Shown here: positions 11,197 through 23,700 of the stretch, piece after piece | How positions within the stretch are numbered: the stretch's first letter is position 1 | Layout: every line of letters starts with the position of its first letter | Source of the DNA: Cyanophora paradoxa CCMP329 | Taxonomy: Eukaryota; Plantae; Glaucophyta | NCBI GenBank assembly: GCA_004431415.1 | Contig: QPMI01000409.1 | Location: forward strand, 434,001 to 498,000 | Length of the DNA: 64,000 nucleotides | Reading direction: 5' to 3' | The notes under the pieces: generated by a model | The model's database searches: none | What the model was told of the DNA's origin: nothing | What the model saw: the letters and a program-made list of their open reading frames with translations, nothing else | Position numbers and translations under genes: made by a program

Positions 11197-13610
11197 ATGC
11201 CGAAGCGTGCGCGCCATGCGCACGCTGCATACCTTTGTCGTAACGCGCCTATACCGCAGTGACGGTCAAATGGAGCGGGAAGGTCTTCGATGTGGATGTG
11301 GACTTCAACGAGCCGCCCGCCGTGTTCAAGTTCCAGCTCTTCTCGCTCTCCGGAGTGCCTCCTGAGCGCCAGAAGGTGCGCAAGCCTCCGCATGAGAGCG
11401 AATGACTGGCGGCTCATGCGTACGCGCAGATTATGGTCAAGGGCGGTATGCTGAAGGACGATGCGGACTGGAGCACGCTCGGACTGAAGGAGGTGCGTTG
11501 CTGCGTGCGGCGGAGCCCGAGCGCGCTTGACCGACTCGGAAGGGGTCGACGCTCATGATGATGGGCTCGGCGGAGCAAATTCCCGAGGCGCCGAAGGAGC
11601 AGGTCAAGTTCGTCGAGGATATGACCTCGACCGAGCTGCAGGCGAACATTGTGGTGCGATTCGCCGGCAGTCTGGTTCTTTGGCACGTCTGCTGAAGGAC
11701 TAGCAGGCCGGCCTTCCCGCGCACGTGAAGAACCTTGGAAACACGTGCGTGTGATATTTATGAAGATCTTTTCCTTTTTCCATTGCTGATTCATCTCTTC
11801 CTTTGGTTGCTTTCCTCTTGCGTGGTTCCACAGGTGCTATCTCAACGCTGTCCTTGGCCTCCTCCGGCACATCCCGGAGTTCTGCGCGGGCTTGAAGAAG
11901 TACACTGGACCGTCGCTCGGGATGCATGACCAGGGGCACAACCTCGCCATCGCCATGCGGGATCTCATCAGTGAACTTGACGGCTCTGTGGAGTCTGTCA
12001 CCCCCTTCCGCCTCGTCCACGTTCGTTTCTTTATGTGCCATTCCGTTTTTTCATTGCACTTATTTATTTTTATTCGCTTTGCAGACCGTTCGCTCTGTCT
12101 TCCCCCAGTTCAGCCAGCAGACGCCTCAGGGACACTTCATGCAGCAGGACGCCGAGGAGTGCTGGACTCAGGTTTGAATACCGCCCCCCGCTCTCACGTG
12201 GCCTCGCTGAATGGGAGCAGTGTCTCAGCCTCCTCGCACAAAAGATGGTCGAAAATCAGTCTGGGGACTCAGCGAACAAGCGGAAGAACACCATTGACCA
12301 GCTGTTTGGCATTGATCTGCGCACAACGTACGTATTTGGTTTTATGAAGGTTTTAGAATGAGCTAATGTAGAACGTGCAGGTTGAAGAACGAGGAGAGTG
12401 CCGAGGAGGGCTCGTCTGAAACGAGTGAGAGTGTTCAGAAGCTCAGCCTGCACCCCCAGCAAGAGTCCCGGCTCTTTTTCGAGTGCATCCGCAAGGTGCT
12501 TTCATGCCTGGCAACGTCCTTTTTCATCTCATAAAACTTCGCTCTCCCAACCAGAGCCTCGAGGGAGAGCTCGTGAAGAGGTCAGAGACCCTTGGCCGAG
12601 ATGCCAAGTTCAAGAAGATGCAGCGCATTGCACGCCTGCCTTCATACCTTGTCGTGCAGGTGCTCTTGCTGCTCAACAATTCCCTGAATTTCCCTGATCC
12701 ATCTTGAATGGTGCAGTTCGTGCGGTTCGAGTGGCGACCGGAGACAAAGACTCGCTGCAAGATCCTGCGGGTCTGTTGATGTTCACTGCTTGGCTGTGCA
12801 TTATCTTAGTAGCTTTCTGGCAGGAAGTGGCTGTGCCTCAGGTTCTTGACATGTTCGACTTCTGCACTGATGATCTTAAGGACCGGCTGAAGGTGCCACC
12901 CCTCCGCACTTCGCTTTTCGCGCTCGTGTTGATGCGGAACCGGACAGCCTGTTCGTGAGTCGCTGCGCATTAAGGAGGAGGAGGAGCTCCGCCTGCGCAA
13001 GGCCCAGGTACGCAGAGATGATGCCACCACACATCAGCCTGCAAGACAACTCATCGCCCGTGAGCAGAAGACGAGCCCCGATGGCGGCCCCTCGTCCTCG
13101 AATGCAGGCAATGGCGCCACAGAGGCTGCGGTGTGTGCTTTTGTCCCCGATCGCACGGCACTTTCTCACTCCTTTGGAGCAGCAGCCGGTCATAGGTCTG
13201 GCGGCAGCCACTGCTGCTGCAGCTGCAAAGAAGCACGCTGAGGAGTCCAAGCGGCTCAAGGAGCCAGGTGGGCTTGGCTCTTTATGTGGGGCGCTCGGTC
13301 ACAACAATTTTTACAGTGGGCGAGTGCGAGACTGGGCGGTACGAGCTTGTGGGCGTTCTCACCCACATGGGCCGTGCTGCTGATGGCGGACACTACGTGG
13401 CCTGGGCGAAAGAGGCAGCTGGTGAAATCATTGCTGCGAAATTTTCTCGATTGTCTGGATGCTCATTGCTCTTCTGCTTCAGACTCCTGGATCAAGTACG
13501 ATGACGACAAGGTCAGCCTTGTAAAAGACGAGGACATCCGTAAGCTCAACGGCGGCTACGGTGATTGGCACATTGCGTACCTCTGCCTCTACCGTGCCAA
13601 GAACTCCTGA
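11197..13610 (+). CDS. UBP6: Proteasome-associated deubiquitinase UBP6/USP14 (UBL + peptidase C19), multi-exon
   Basis: MPKL|TVKWSGKVFDV...FQLFSLSGVPPERQK|IMVKGG (UBL domain); Cys box KNLGNT|CYLNA; MQQDAEECWTQ; His box YELVGVLTHMGRAADGGHYVAW; GDWHIAYLCLYRAKNS*. Confidence 0.95.
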
Positions 13611-14720
13611 ACTTGCTATATATTATAGCTAGCGCTAGTGGTCCGCTTGACTTGAACGAGGGCATGCTTAGCGTACACGTGACAAAAATACAGAGTAATT
13701 TTTCAACGAGAGCTTCACTGCATGCGCATGAGCCTGCTCTGTCTCAGGCGCCTCACACATACATGCAGCTGGCAGTCTGCATGGCGCCGGCACTGCGGCG
13801 TTGACGACAAATGACATAGCGAAAATGACATAGCTGTGCTGTGCCTGCTTACAGAAAATCAAACGAAAAGGTTTGCTTGTGAAGAAGGCCGAAGCAGGCC
13901 AATGCCTCACGCACTGGAACTGCGGAAGTAACAACCTTCATGCATTCATTGCCGAACGAAATGCCAATTGGCATCCAGCCATCGTACTTATCCAGGAAAC
14001 TGCGCGGACGGTCAACGAAAAAGGTATAAATTTCGCAAGGGGGTGACAGACCTGAAGCCCATGTCCACCTGCACTGCTGATGTCTGTGTTGTCGCACTCC
14101 AGCAGAGCCCAGTGTGGACCAGTTGGTTTCCGGAGGTCGAAGGTAATGGACGCAGGGAACGTTGGCCTGGGCCCCGACGCAACAAGGCCCGAGGAGCTGT
14201 TGTTCAAGAAAGGCGACAGCAGGCCCGCATCCCGAGCTCTCGAAATGGACTAAAGGAACCTGATCAGCACAAGCTCATCAGGCAGTGCACAGGATCACGG
14301 ACTGTTTCACTGTACTCGATGAGAGAGCCTGAGTTGAGGAACATCCCAATGCCCGCGAGCTGGCTGCTGATAAGCGAGTTGACACATTGAGCAACCCCCG
14401 ATGGTGATTGCAAGGCTTCGCCGCTAGGCAGCGCGAATTCGAATTTGTTTTGAGGGGTACAGAGCCTTCATTAGCGCTTGCAGTTGCCAAGCGCGCGACG
14501 TCGACCGTCAACGCCTGCCGCGCCCAGAGCGCACTGCGGCATTCTGAGGTTTAGCAAGCATCTTTACATTGTCCAAGTAGACCGTTCCGTCGAGGTGAGC
14601 GCGCCAGTGCTGCACCGGCGCGTGCGATCCTTGGTGACCGGCGCGCAGATCCCTTCGGGCTCGAGCGCTCAGGCGGACCAAGCGCGGAAGGCCGCGCGTT
14701 CGCCTGCGCCGGCGCGAGGC

Positions 14721-17700
14721 ATGGCGGCACCGCAAACGCGAAGCTTCCTTATCGTATACCAGCGCGTTGGAGAGCCGGCTCGTCAGTATGATCAGTATGA
14801 GCTCAGCGAGCTCGAGACGCCGGAGAGAGCGTACATCCGACTCCTCTCCCACGCCGCGGCGCTCGCTGGGGTTGACTCGCAGGTGCGCCATCTCAACCCT
14901 TTTGAGCGGCCCAGCCTGCCCTCGATTGCGCCCGACGCCGGCCGGGCTAGCGCTTCGAGGCTAGGCCGCACACGCAGCGCCCGCGGCGTACCCTTACTCG
15001 CCCCGCTTCCCCGCGCAGTACATCCAGCTGCTCAAACAGGTCCGTAGTCTTGAGCGTGCGCGTTCGACAACGCCGCTCGCGCCTCGCGCACGCGGCCGAT
15101 GATCGGTTTTTGTCGAGAGCAGACGGGCCGACGGCTGGAGCCGGACGACCTCTGCCCTCCAGCCGTGCTCGGCATCAAGCGGATCCTCGTCAGCTACGGG
15201 GCCACACCGAGCTCCGACGAGACCGCCCCCGCGCTCGACTCGGAGGAGGTTGAACTTGCTCCAGACGTGAATGTCTGTCGCGTCTGGCCCCTACCCCCTC
15301 GCGCGCTCCGAGCCCCGCTCATAGGCGCCGGCAGATCTACGACGTGATGGCGGCCGACATCAACTTCGAGGTCGCCCTCTCTGAGCTCATCGTGCGCCCC
15401 CCGAGGCCGCATCGCATTTCCTGGCCCGCCCCGCTAGCGCTGAAGCCGGGCGGGGGCGGGGCCGCGCGCAGGACAACAGCCTGGAGGCGACGAAGGCGAA
15501 GCTGCAGAGGAACATCGAGGTCCGCATCGACAAGGCTGCCCGCACCATCGAGATCAGCGACGACGGTGCCTGTCCTACCCCCCCCCCCCCCCCCTTCCCC
15601 CCCCCCCCCAACCACGCTTCTTCTTAAAGCATAAGGATATGGGGTACAGGGGCGTTAGAGGCGGAGGGGGGAGGGGGGGGGTCAGAGGGCACTAAAGGAG
15701 GGGGGGGGGAGGGAGAGAGAGGGGGGGGAAGGGAGGGAGGGGGGAGAGATGGCGAGGCTCCGCCAACTCCCCCTCCCCCCCTCCGACGCTGCCGCCACCC
15801 GACGCCCCGTGGACTGACGGACGTGCCGGCGCCGCAGGCTACGGCATGAGCAACGAGCAGATGAAGGAGTTCGGGCGGCTGGCGAGCAGCGGGAACGTGC
15901 GCGAGGGCCAGAGGAACGTTCGCCCGAGCCTCGTCGACCCCCTCGAGGGCTCCCGCTTCCACATGACCAGCGAGTTCTCGCGGTGCCCGGAGCGCGCCCC
16001 GCCCGCCCTGCAGCTCAGGCCTCTGACTCGGCGGCCCTCGCGCCCGCCCCAGGTTCGGGATCGGCGCCAAGTCGGCGATCTTCTTCTTCGGCCCGCTCCT
16101 GAAGCTGACCTCCAAGGTCGAGGACTCTCTGACGGTCTACAGGCTCAACATGGACCTCGTGCGCCGCTTTGAATTCCAAGCTAACAAGTGGAAGATCTAG
16201 ATAAGGAGAAATCGAAATCGGAAAAGAAAGGGCAAGGGGCGCTCGGACGCGCGCTCGTGCTGACGTTCGGTGGCGGCGCAGCGGGAGATCCAGCAGAGGA
16301 GGCAGCACGTGGCGAGGTTCGAGCAGGCGCTTGCCAACGCGGACGAGCTCGAGGTCGGCTCCTTCACGCAGTGCGGCCCCTGCGCCCCCGCCCCGAGCTC
16401 GAGCCCCTCCCGCGCCGCCCCTGCCGTCCCTCACGCGCGCGCGCCCTCGCGCAGCATCGAGATCAGCGAGGTGAACCCCGGCGTCCTGGACTCCTGGAAC
16501 ACGCACAAGACGGCGATCATCCGCTTCCTTGCCGGTCCGCTGATCCCTCGCGCTGCGCTTGCCATTGGGTTCGAGTTCGGGCCGAGCGGGGCGCGCGCGC
16601 GGGCGCAGAGACGTACCACTTTTACCTCCACGGCGGCTTCAAGCTGAACCCGGAGCGGCTCGTGCACGATCAGGCCGGCGAGCAGCCGATGCAGCTCGCC
16701 GAGGCCCTCCGCCCTCTCAAGCTCTCCGTCGTGGAGTACGAGGCGCGCCCCGGCCGCCTCGCGTGCCCCCCTCTGCTCTCTCCCCCGCCCTCGGTGTTTG
16801 ATCGCGATCGCGCAGGGCAAACAGGAGCTCGCGCGCCTGTGCGCTGCCTCCCCCGCACAGCGGCCCCTCTGCTCCCTCCCTCCTCCTGCGCATGCGGAGC
16901 CCTAGATCTGACGCCGGCCGGCGGCCGCAGCGCGCTGCCGTACGCGCTCTCGCAGCTCGAGCATCCGCCGGCAGCCATCGCGTCGGAAGTTAAGGCCGCC
17001 ATCGAGAACGAGGTCGGCGGCGCCCCGCGCTCTCGGCCCCTCGTATTCTGAAGCCTGCGCTCGCCCCCGTGGTCGTGGCCAGGTCCGGGTGCTCCACGGC
17101 TGCCTCCACCCGGTGCCCGGCGCGGCGACGGCCGCCGGCGACGACTGGCCCCGCCAGGGCGACCCCAGGTCGGCCCGGGCGCGGCCCAGCCGGCGCCGGC
17201 GACGCCGACCCACGCCCGGCCGGGGCGCAGGCTGCGGTGGGAGAAGACGTACACGGTGCAGTACGTGGACGAGAAGACGAGCTCGCGCCGCTCCGTCGAA
17301 GTCACGGTCCGCGATCGATCGCGCGGGGCCCAGCGCGGGAGCCTCGAGCTCAAGCCGGCCGGCAGGTGGTCCTGAAGTACTTCCCCGTGGCGAAGAATCG
17401 GGAGACGGTGCCGGACACGGGCCTGGGGGACCGCGAGGGGCCCAAGGTCTACACCGTCTGGCAGGGCAGGCGCGCCCCGCTGCGCGGAGGCCCCGGGCCC
17501 CGGGCCCCGCCCGCCCGCCTCGGCTCGCCCGGCCGCGCCGACGCGCCGCCCGGCAGGAGCATGGCGCAGGCGACGCTGACGAACAACAAGAAGTGGCTGG
17601 CGTGGATGGACAAGCCGGGGCGGCGGAGCAGGGAGCTCCCCTTCGAGTGCTGGCCCCGCATCCGCGGCTTCCTCTTCCTCAGCAGCGAGTTCGAGCCGCA

Positions 17701-20700
17701 GAGCCACAAGGCGCGCCCGCTCCGCCCGCCCGCCCCGCCCGCCGGCCGCGCTCCTCGCCTCGCCTCGCCCTCGGGGCGCTGAGGCGGGGGCGCAGACGCA
17801 GATGGCGGTGAACCCGGCGGCCTTCAAGGCGCTCATCGCGGACGAGTACGAGGAGCTGCGCAGGGAGTTCCGCGCCAGGGTCAAGGAGTGGCACAAGTTC
17901 GACGACGAGGCGCGCCCCTCTCATCGCTCGGGTTCGGAGGGAGAAGGGCGGCGGGGCTGAGGGCGGGGGCAGGTCTCCTGCCCGGAGCGCTTCTCGGGCG
18001 ACTTCAAGGAGCCGCGCACGAAGAAGGCGGGCGCGGCGCCGGCGCCGGCCGGCCCCGGCTGCAGCTGAGCGCCGGCGGGGCGGGCGGGGGCAGGTCATCG
18101 GGCGCACCCTCGACTTCGTCAAGCTCGGCAAGACGACGTACAAGCCGGGACACAGGGCGCGCCTTGGCCTCCCCCTCGCCTCCCCAGGCCTCCAGCCCAC
18201 CGACTGCGGCCGGGGCGGCAGGTGAAGGCGCGGTACGATCGGGAGAAGGTCTCAGGGGCCGCATCCATCCTCTTCGGCACCATCAAGGCCGTGCGCGGGG
18301 CCCGCCTGCGCTCCGGTCCAGTCCGAGGGGCCTGAGCGGGGGGGGGCCAGATCTACGTGGAGGGGGCGCCGGCCTCGCAGGAGGGGCCCGAGCCCAGCGA
18401 CGTCCCCTGGGTCTCCGTGCGCCCCGCCCCCCCGCGAGGTCCCCCTCCAAACAGAGGCCCCCGGGTGCGAGCGCGGGGCGCGCCGGCGGGCGCAGTTCGA
18501 GCAGATGTCGCTGCGGGAGTACGGCGAGCCGCGCCTCCTCAAGATCGCCGCCACCGACCTCGTCGGGATGCCCAGCGTGCGGCCCCCCGCTCGCCTGGGG
18601 GGCGGGGGCGCCGGGCGACGCCGAGGCGGGGCGGCGCAGAAAGCCGAGCTGAGCAAGGAAGAGGACCGGCTGCAGCGGCGCCTCCCCAAGTCCCTGCGCT
18701 TCTCCACGGACGTGCGCGCGCACGCATTAGAATTCTTGACGCCGGGCGGCGCTGAGCGGGAGCGAGCAGGCGGGGGCGGTGCCGGAGAGGCTGCGGGCGA
18801 GCGGGGGGGTGGAGCTGCTGGGGGTGGAGGCGGTGGACCAGGAGGGGCGGCGCCTTGACGGCCCCGAGCTCGCCCGCTTCGTCCCCGCCGTCCACCTCGT
18901 CCTCTACCGTCCGCTCCCTCCTCCGCTCCTTCCCCCCTCCGCTCTGACTCGTGTTTCTTCAGTGCGGGCGGCGGACGCCCGGGTGGAGGTGGACGGGGTC
19001 CCCGTCAAGCGCGTCAGCGCCGTGCGCCGCCCCGCGCAGCTCAGGGGGGCCTGGGGGGGCTGCCCGAGCCCCGCCCCCCGCAGGAGGGCCTGGGGGAGCT
19101 GCCGGAGAGCCTGCGGCGCTGGCGGGTGGACGGGGAGGAGTACGTGGCGAACATCCACCTCAAGAACGTCGCCCGCGACAACGACCTCTACTACTTCAAG
19201 CGCATCCAGTGCGCGAGGCCGTCGGCTCGGGCCAGGCTGGGTCCTCCGTGACGCCCGGGGGCAGGCTGAAGCACGCGGGGAGCTGGAAGCTGCGGGCGCT
19301 GGCGGTGGCGTGCGGGGGGGGCGAGAAAGGCGCCGTCGCCCTCTCCGACTCGCCCCACCGCATCGACGTCGCCCGCAGCATCACCGTCCTCCCGGGCGCG
19401 CCAGGCCTAGGGCCTAGCTGACTCTGCAGCTCGGCCCTGCAGCTGACTCGGTGGGGGCGGGGCAGACGGGCCGGTGCAGGTGGAGGCGGCGTGGCACGGG
19501 GACGGGGCCGGCTTCGGGCGGGTGGGGGAGCCCCTCCCCGGCGTCGCCGTCCTCCTCGAGGACGCCGTGCGCTCCGCCCGTCCCGAGTGGGCTCGGGGAT
19601 CCTAGCCGGCGGGAGAGAGCGCCGCATCCAGCTCGAGCTCCTTCCCGCCCCGCCCCGCCCCTCACGCGCAGCTCGCCCCCTGCAGAACGGGAACTTGCCG
19701 GTGGAGGAGCCGCCGGCCAGCATGGTCGCCAGCGTCAGCTTCACCTGCCGGGACAAGAGCTTCGAGGTGGGCGGGGCCGGGCCCCCGCTCGCGAGCCGTC
19801 CTCTACGGCCGCGCCGACGCGACCGGCGCGCCAGGTGCTGCCGGGGTTCACGCGGAAGCTTGAGAAGGGGCCGGGGGGCCGCTACTGGCTCCTCCTCGGC
19901 GACATCCGCTTCAGGGCGCGCCCCGCCCCCCTGCCGCCCCCGCCCCCGCCCCCGCCCCCCGCCCCCGCCCCCTGCCGGCCCTCGGCCCTGCTCAGGAGGG
20001 CGACAGGTGCGGGAGGGGGCGCAGCCGGCGATGCCGGCCCCCAAGGTCCCCTTCCTCGTCCAGTTCGGCCCCGCCCGCAACCCGCACTCCACCGCCGAGC
20101 TCGCCCTCGAGATCCGCGCCGGCGCGCCCCCGCGCGACCCGCGGCCCCGCCTGCCCCGCCCGCCTCACGCCTCTGCGCAGGGGCGCCGGCGCGGCTGGAG
20201 GCGTGCGCGGGTCGCCGCTGGCGCCGGCGGCCGCGGGGGCGAGCCGGCCCTGCTCGAGCGCTCGGCGGTCATCCCCCAGCTCAAGATCCGCCTCGTCGAC
20301 AAGGACGGTGCCCCCTTTCTAGAGCTTTCGAGCGCTCTCTTCTGTCTCGACGGGGCTGACGGGGCGGGCGGGCGGCCTCGGCAGGCCTCGCGGCGGACGT
20401 GCGGCAGGCGGCCTCCTCCTCCTCCGCGCGGCTGCGCGTGCGCCTCTCCGTCGAGGGCGCCCGCGTCCCCTCGGGCCTCAAGTGGGACTCCCGCCTCGTC
20501 CGCCCGCCCCGCCCCGCCCCGCCCCGCCCCGCCCCGCCCCGCCCCGCCCCGCCCCGCCCCGCGCCTTCTCCAGGTGCGTGGACGCCTGAGGCGGGGGCCC
20601 CGGCAGGTCCCCGCGAGCGGCGAGCTCGACTACGGCGGCCGCATCGAGGTGCCCCCGACCCGCAGCGTCCCCCGCCCCCTTCTCCCAGGCCCTCCCGAGC

Positions 20701-23700
20701 GCCCCGCGCGCAGGTCATCGGCAACTACGGCTCCGAAGGGTACCCCGGCTCCGCGTCGCGTCGCCCTCCACGCCTCCTGCCGACGCGGGGCGGGGCGGGG
20801 CGGCAGGCTGCTGGCCTTCGCGATCGAGGGGGGCGACGAGGCGGGGCGCCTGGAGCTCCCCTTCAGGGTCGCCCCCCGCCGCCTCCGCGTCCTCCTCCCC
20901 AAGCGCCTGCCCCCCGGCGCCACCCGCGACGCCAAGCGCAAACCGCCCGCCGCCGCCGCCGCCGCCGGGAGCAGCAGCTCCGGCGGCGAGAAGCGGCGCC
21001 GCGGGAAGAGCGACGAGGACGCGATGGAGGAGGATGAGGACGAGGAGGAGGGCGAGGAGGAAGAGGGGGAGGAGGGGGAGGTGGGGCGGAAGGGGAAGGG
21101 CGAAGACGACGAAGAAGGACAGGGGGCGTGCCGGCTGCGGGTGCGGCACGGGACGGTGCTGTCGGGCCTCGCCGTGCAGCTCGTCGACGAGCGCGGCCGC
21201 CCCGACAAGTCCGTCTCCGGCGAGCCGGTGCGCCCCCGCCGCCCGCCGGCAGCGCCGCCGTGCCCACCAGCACGCCTCGCAGCTCGAGCTCTCGTGGGAC
21301 CCGAGCCAGTCCCGCAAGTGCGGCCCGCCGCCCCAAAGCCCCCCGCCCGCCCGCCCCCGCTCGCTCGCCGGCCTTCCGAGCGAGAGCGCGGCAGGTTCCA
21401 GAACGGGCGGGCGACGCTGCCGGACATCCGGGCCTGGGAGCTCCCGCCGGCCGGCGGCAGCGGGGGCGGGGAGGGGGAGGGGCAGGGGGCGCGGGCCTGC
21501 CACGTGGCCTTCGCTGGACTCCGCGCCGACCTCTCCTTCTCCGTCTTCTGGGGTCCGCTGCTCCCCTCTCCTCTTCTCTCCTTTGCGTTGCTTAGCTTTT
21601 CTTTGCATTGCCTTCGCCTCACGCGTGTGCGCAGACGCGCCGCAGCGGCTGCGGGGGGCGCGCGAGGGGCCCCTCCCCGTGCAGAACAGGCAGCCGGCCT
21701 CCCTCCCGCTCCTCCTCCTCGCCGCCTCGGGCGACCCCGTCCCCTCCAGCGCCTTCGCCCAGGCCCGCCCCCGCGCCCCTCCCGCCCCGCCCCGCCGCCT
21801 CACGCCCCTCCGCTCCGCAGAGCGCGCACCTGGAGCTCTCCCTCGAGGAGGGCTCCCCGCTCGCCCTCGAGGTCGACCCGGCGGGCCTCGCGGTGGCCCC
21901 CGAGGAGGCCGGCGCGCTCCGCGTCTCGGGCTGGCGCCTGCGCGGCCCCGTGGATCTCGCGGGGGGCGAGGCCTCCCTCCGCGTCACCGTCCTCCGCTCC
22001 GAGCCGGCCCTGCCCCCCGACCAGCGCGCCTTCTCCGTGCCCCTCGCCCTCTCCGCGGGGCCCCCGGCCCGCCTCGCCGTCGTGGGCGAGGACGGGGCGG
22101 AGCTCGCGTCGCCCCTCGAGCTGCACAACGGGGCCGCGCTGCCGCGGCTCGCGGTGCGGGCGGTGGACGAGGACGGGTCGGTGGCGGCCTCGGCGGCCGG
22201 CGCCGTGCACGTCGAGGCCGACGAGGCCCTCCAGCTCGCCGGGCCCCGCCTCCCCGTCCGCATCCCCTCAAGGCCGGCCTCGCCCCCTCCCCTCCTCCGC
22301 GCCTCCCTCGTCCGCCCCCCGCCCCGCCCCGGCCCCCTCCAGCCGCGCCGCTGACCGTGCCCGCCCCGCCCCGCCCCGCCGCGCTCGGCCTGCAGCGGGA
22401 CCGGAGCCGCCTGCGCGAGGCCGGCGTCCACTCCATCCGCTTCGCCCTCGTCCCCGCCGGCGCCTCCGCCGTCCGCCGCCGCCCCGCCGCCTCCGCCGCC
22501 CGCCCCGTGCGCCGCCTCGCCGCGCCCCTGCTCCCCGCGCGGCCTGAGCGGGGCGGCAGGAGGTGGAGGGGCGGCGGTGGCGGTGCGGGTGGTGCCGGGG
22601 CGGAGCGGGCGGAGCGCGTCGTCCTGCGCCTCCCGCCCGGCGGCCTCGCCTGCGAGGCGGGCGCCCTCCTCCCCGACATCCCCGTGCGCCGCCCCGGCCC
22701 CGTCCCCGCCCCGCCCCCGCCCACGCGGCGCCGGGCAGGCGGAGGTGCTCTCGGAGACGGGGGCGCCCCTGCGGCTCCCCGCCGGCGCCCTCCTCGCCCT
22801 CCACGTCCACGCCTCCCGCTACAGCCCCGACGAGGCCCGCCGCCCCCGCCCGCCCCGCCCCGCCGCCTCCGCCCCCTCTGAGGCCTCCGCAGGCCCCCGG
22901 GGAGCCGCCGGGGTACGTCTTCCGGGAGGTGCCGGCCCCGCGGGAGGCGATCCGGCACGCGCTGCGCTGCGAGGTCCTCGCCGCGAGCGGCGCGCCCGAC
23001 GCCTCTGTCGCCCCGCCGCCTGCGACCTCACCGTCCGTCCGGGTGCGCCCCGGCCCTCCGCCGTCCCCGCCCCTCTGCTCGGCCCGAGGGCCGAGGCGGC
23101 GTGCAGGGGCGCCGCACGCGCTGCGGATGGCGGCGGAGGGCGGGGCGACGCGGCTGCAGCTGGGGACGGGCGCGGCGCTCCCGAGCCTCGCCCTCGAGCT
23201 CCTCGACCGCTTCGAGAACCCCGCGCCGGCGCCCGCCGGCCCGCCCCTCCGCCTCGCCTACTCCGTCTCCGGCTCGGGCGGCGCCGCGGAGGGCGCGGCG
23301 CCCCAGGTGGCGGCGGCGGCGGGGCCGGCGGCGTGGCCGGCGGGGCACGCCAGTGTCGTGCTGGCCGGCCTGACCATCGGCGACGGGTGCGGTCGCCCGC
23401 GCCCCTCGCCCCCGCCCCCGCCCCCGCCGCGGCCGGCTCAGCCTGGGCTCCTGCGTGCAGGGCGAGCGGGACGTACGAGCTGAGGGTCTCGGTGGAGGGC
23501 CTCCCCGGCGTCGCCCCCGCCGCCATCCACATCGACTTCACCAACGGTGCCCGCCCCCCGCCCGCCCCGCCCCCTCGCTCTTCTCCCCCCAGGCGACGCG
23601 GGCCGGGGCGGCAGCCGAGACGGAGCGGCTGGCGGAGGAGGCGCAGCGGGCGGAGCGGAGGCGGCGCGAGGCGGCCGCGCGCGAGGCCGACCAGCGCCTC

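Noticed and set aside
19491-22547. 1018-aa ORF and the many other long Pro/Arg/Ala/Gly-rich ORFs on both strands
   Set aside because: These are artefacts of stop-poor GC-rich DNA. They thread through introns and shifted exons of the real spliced genes.
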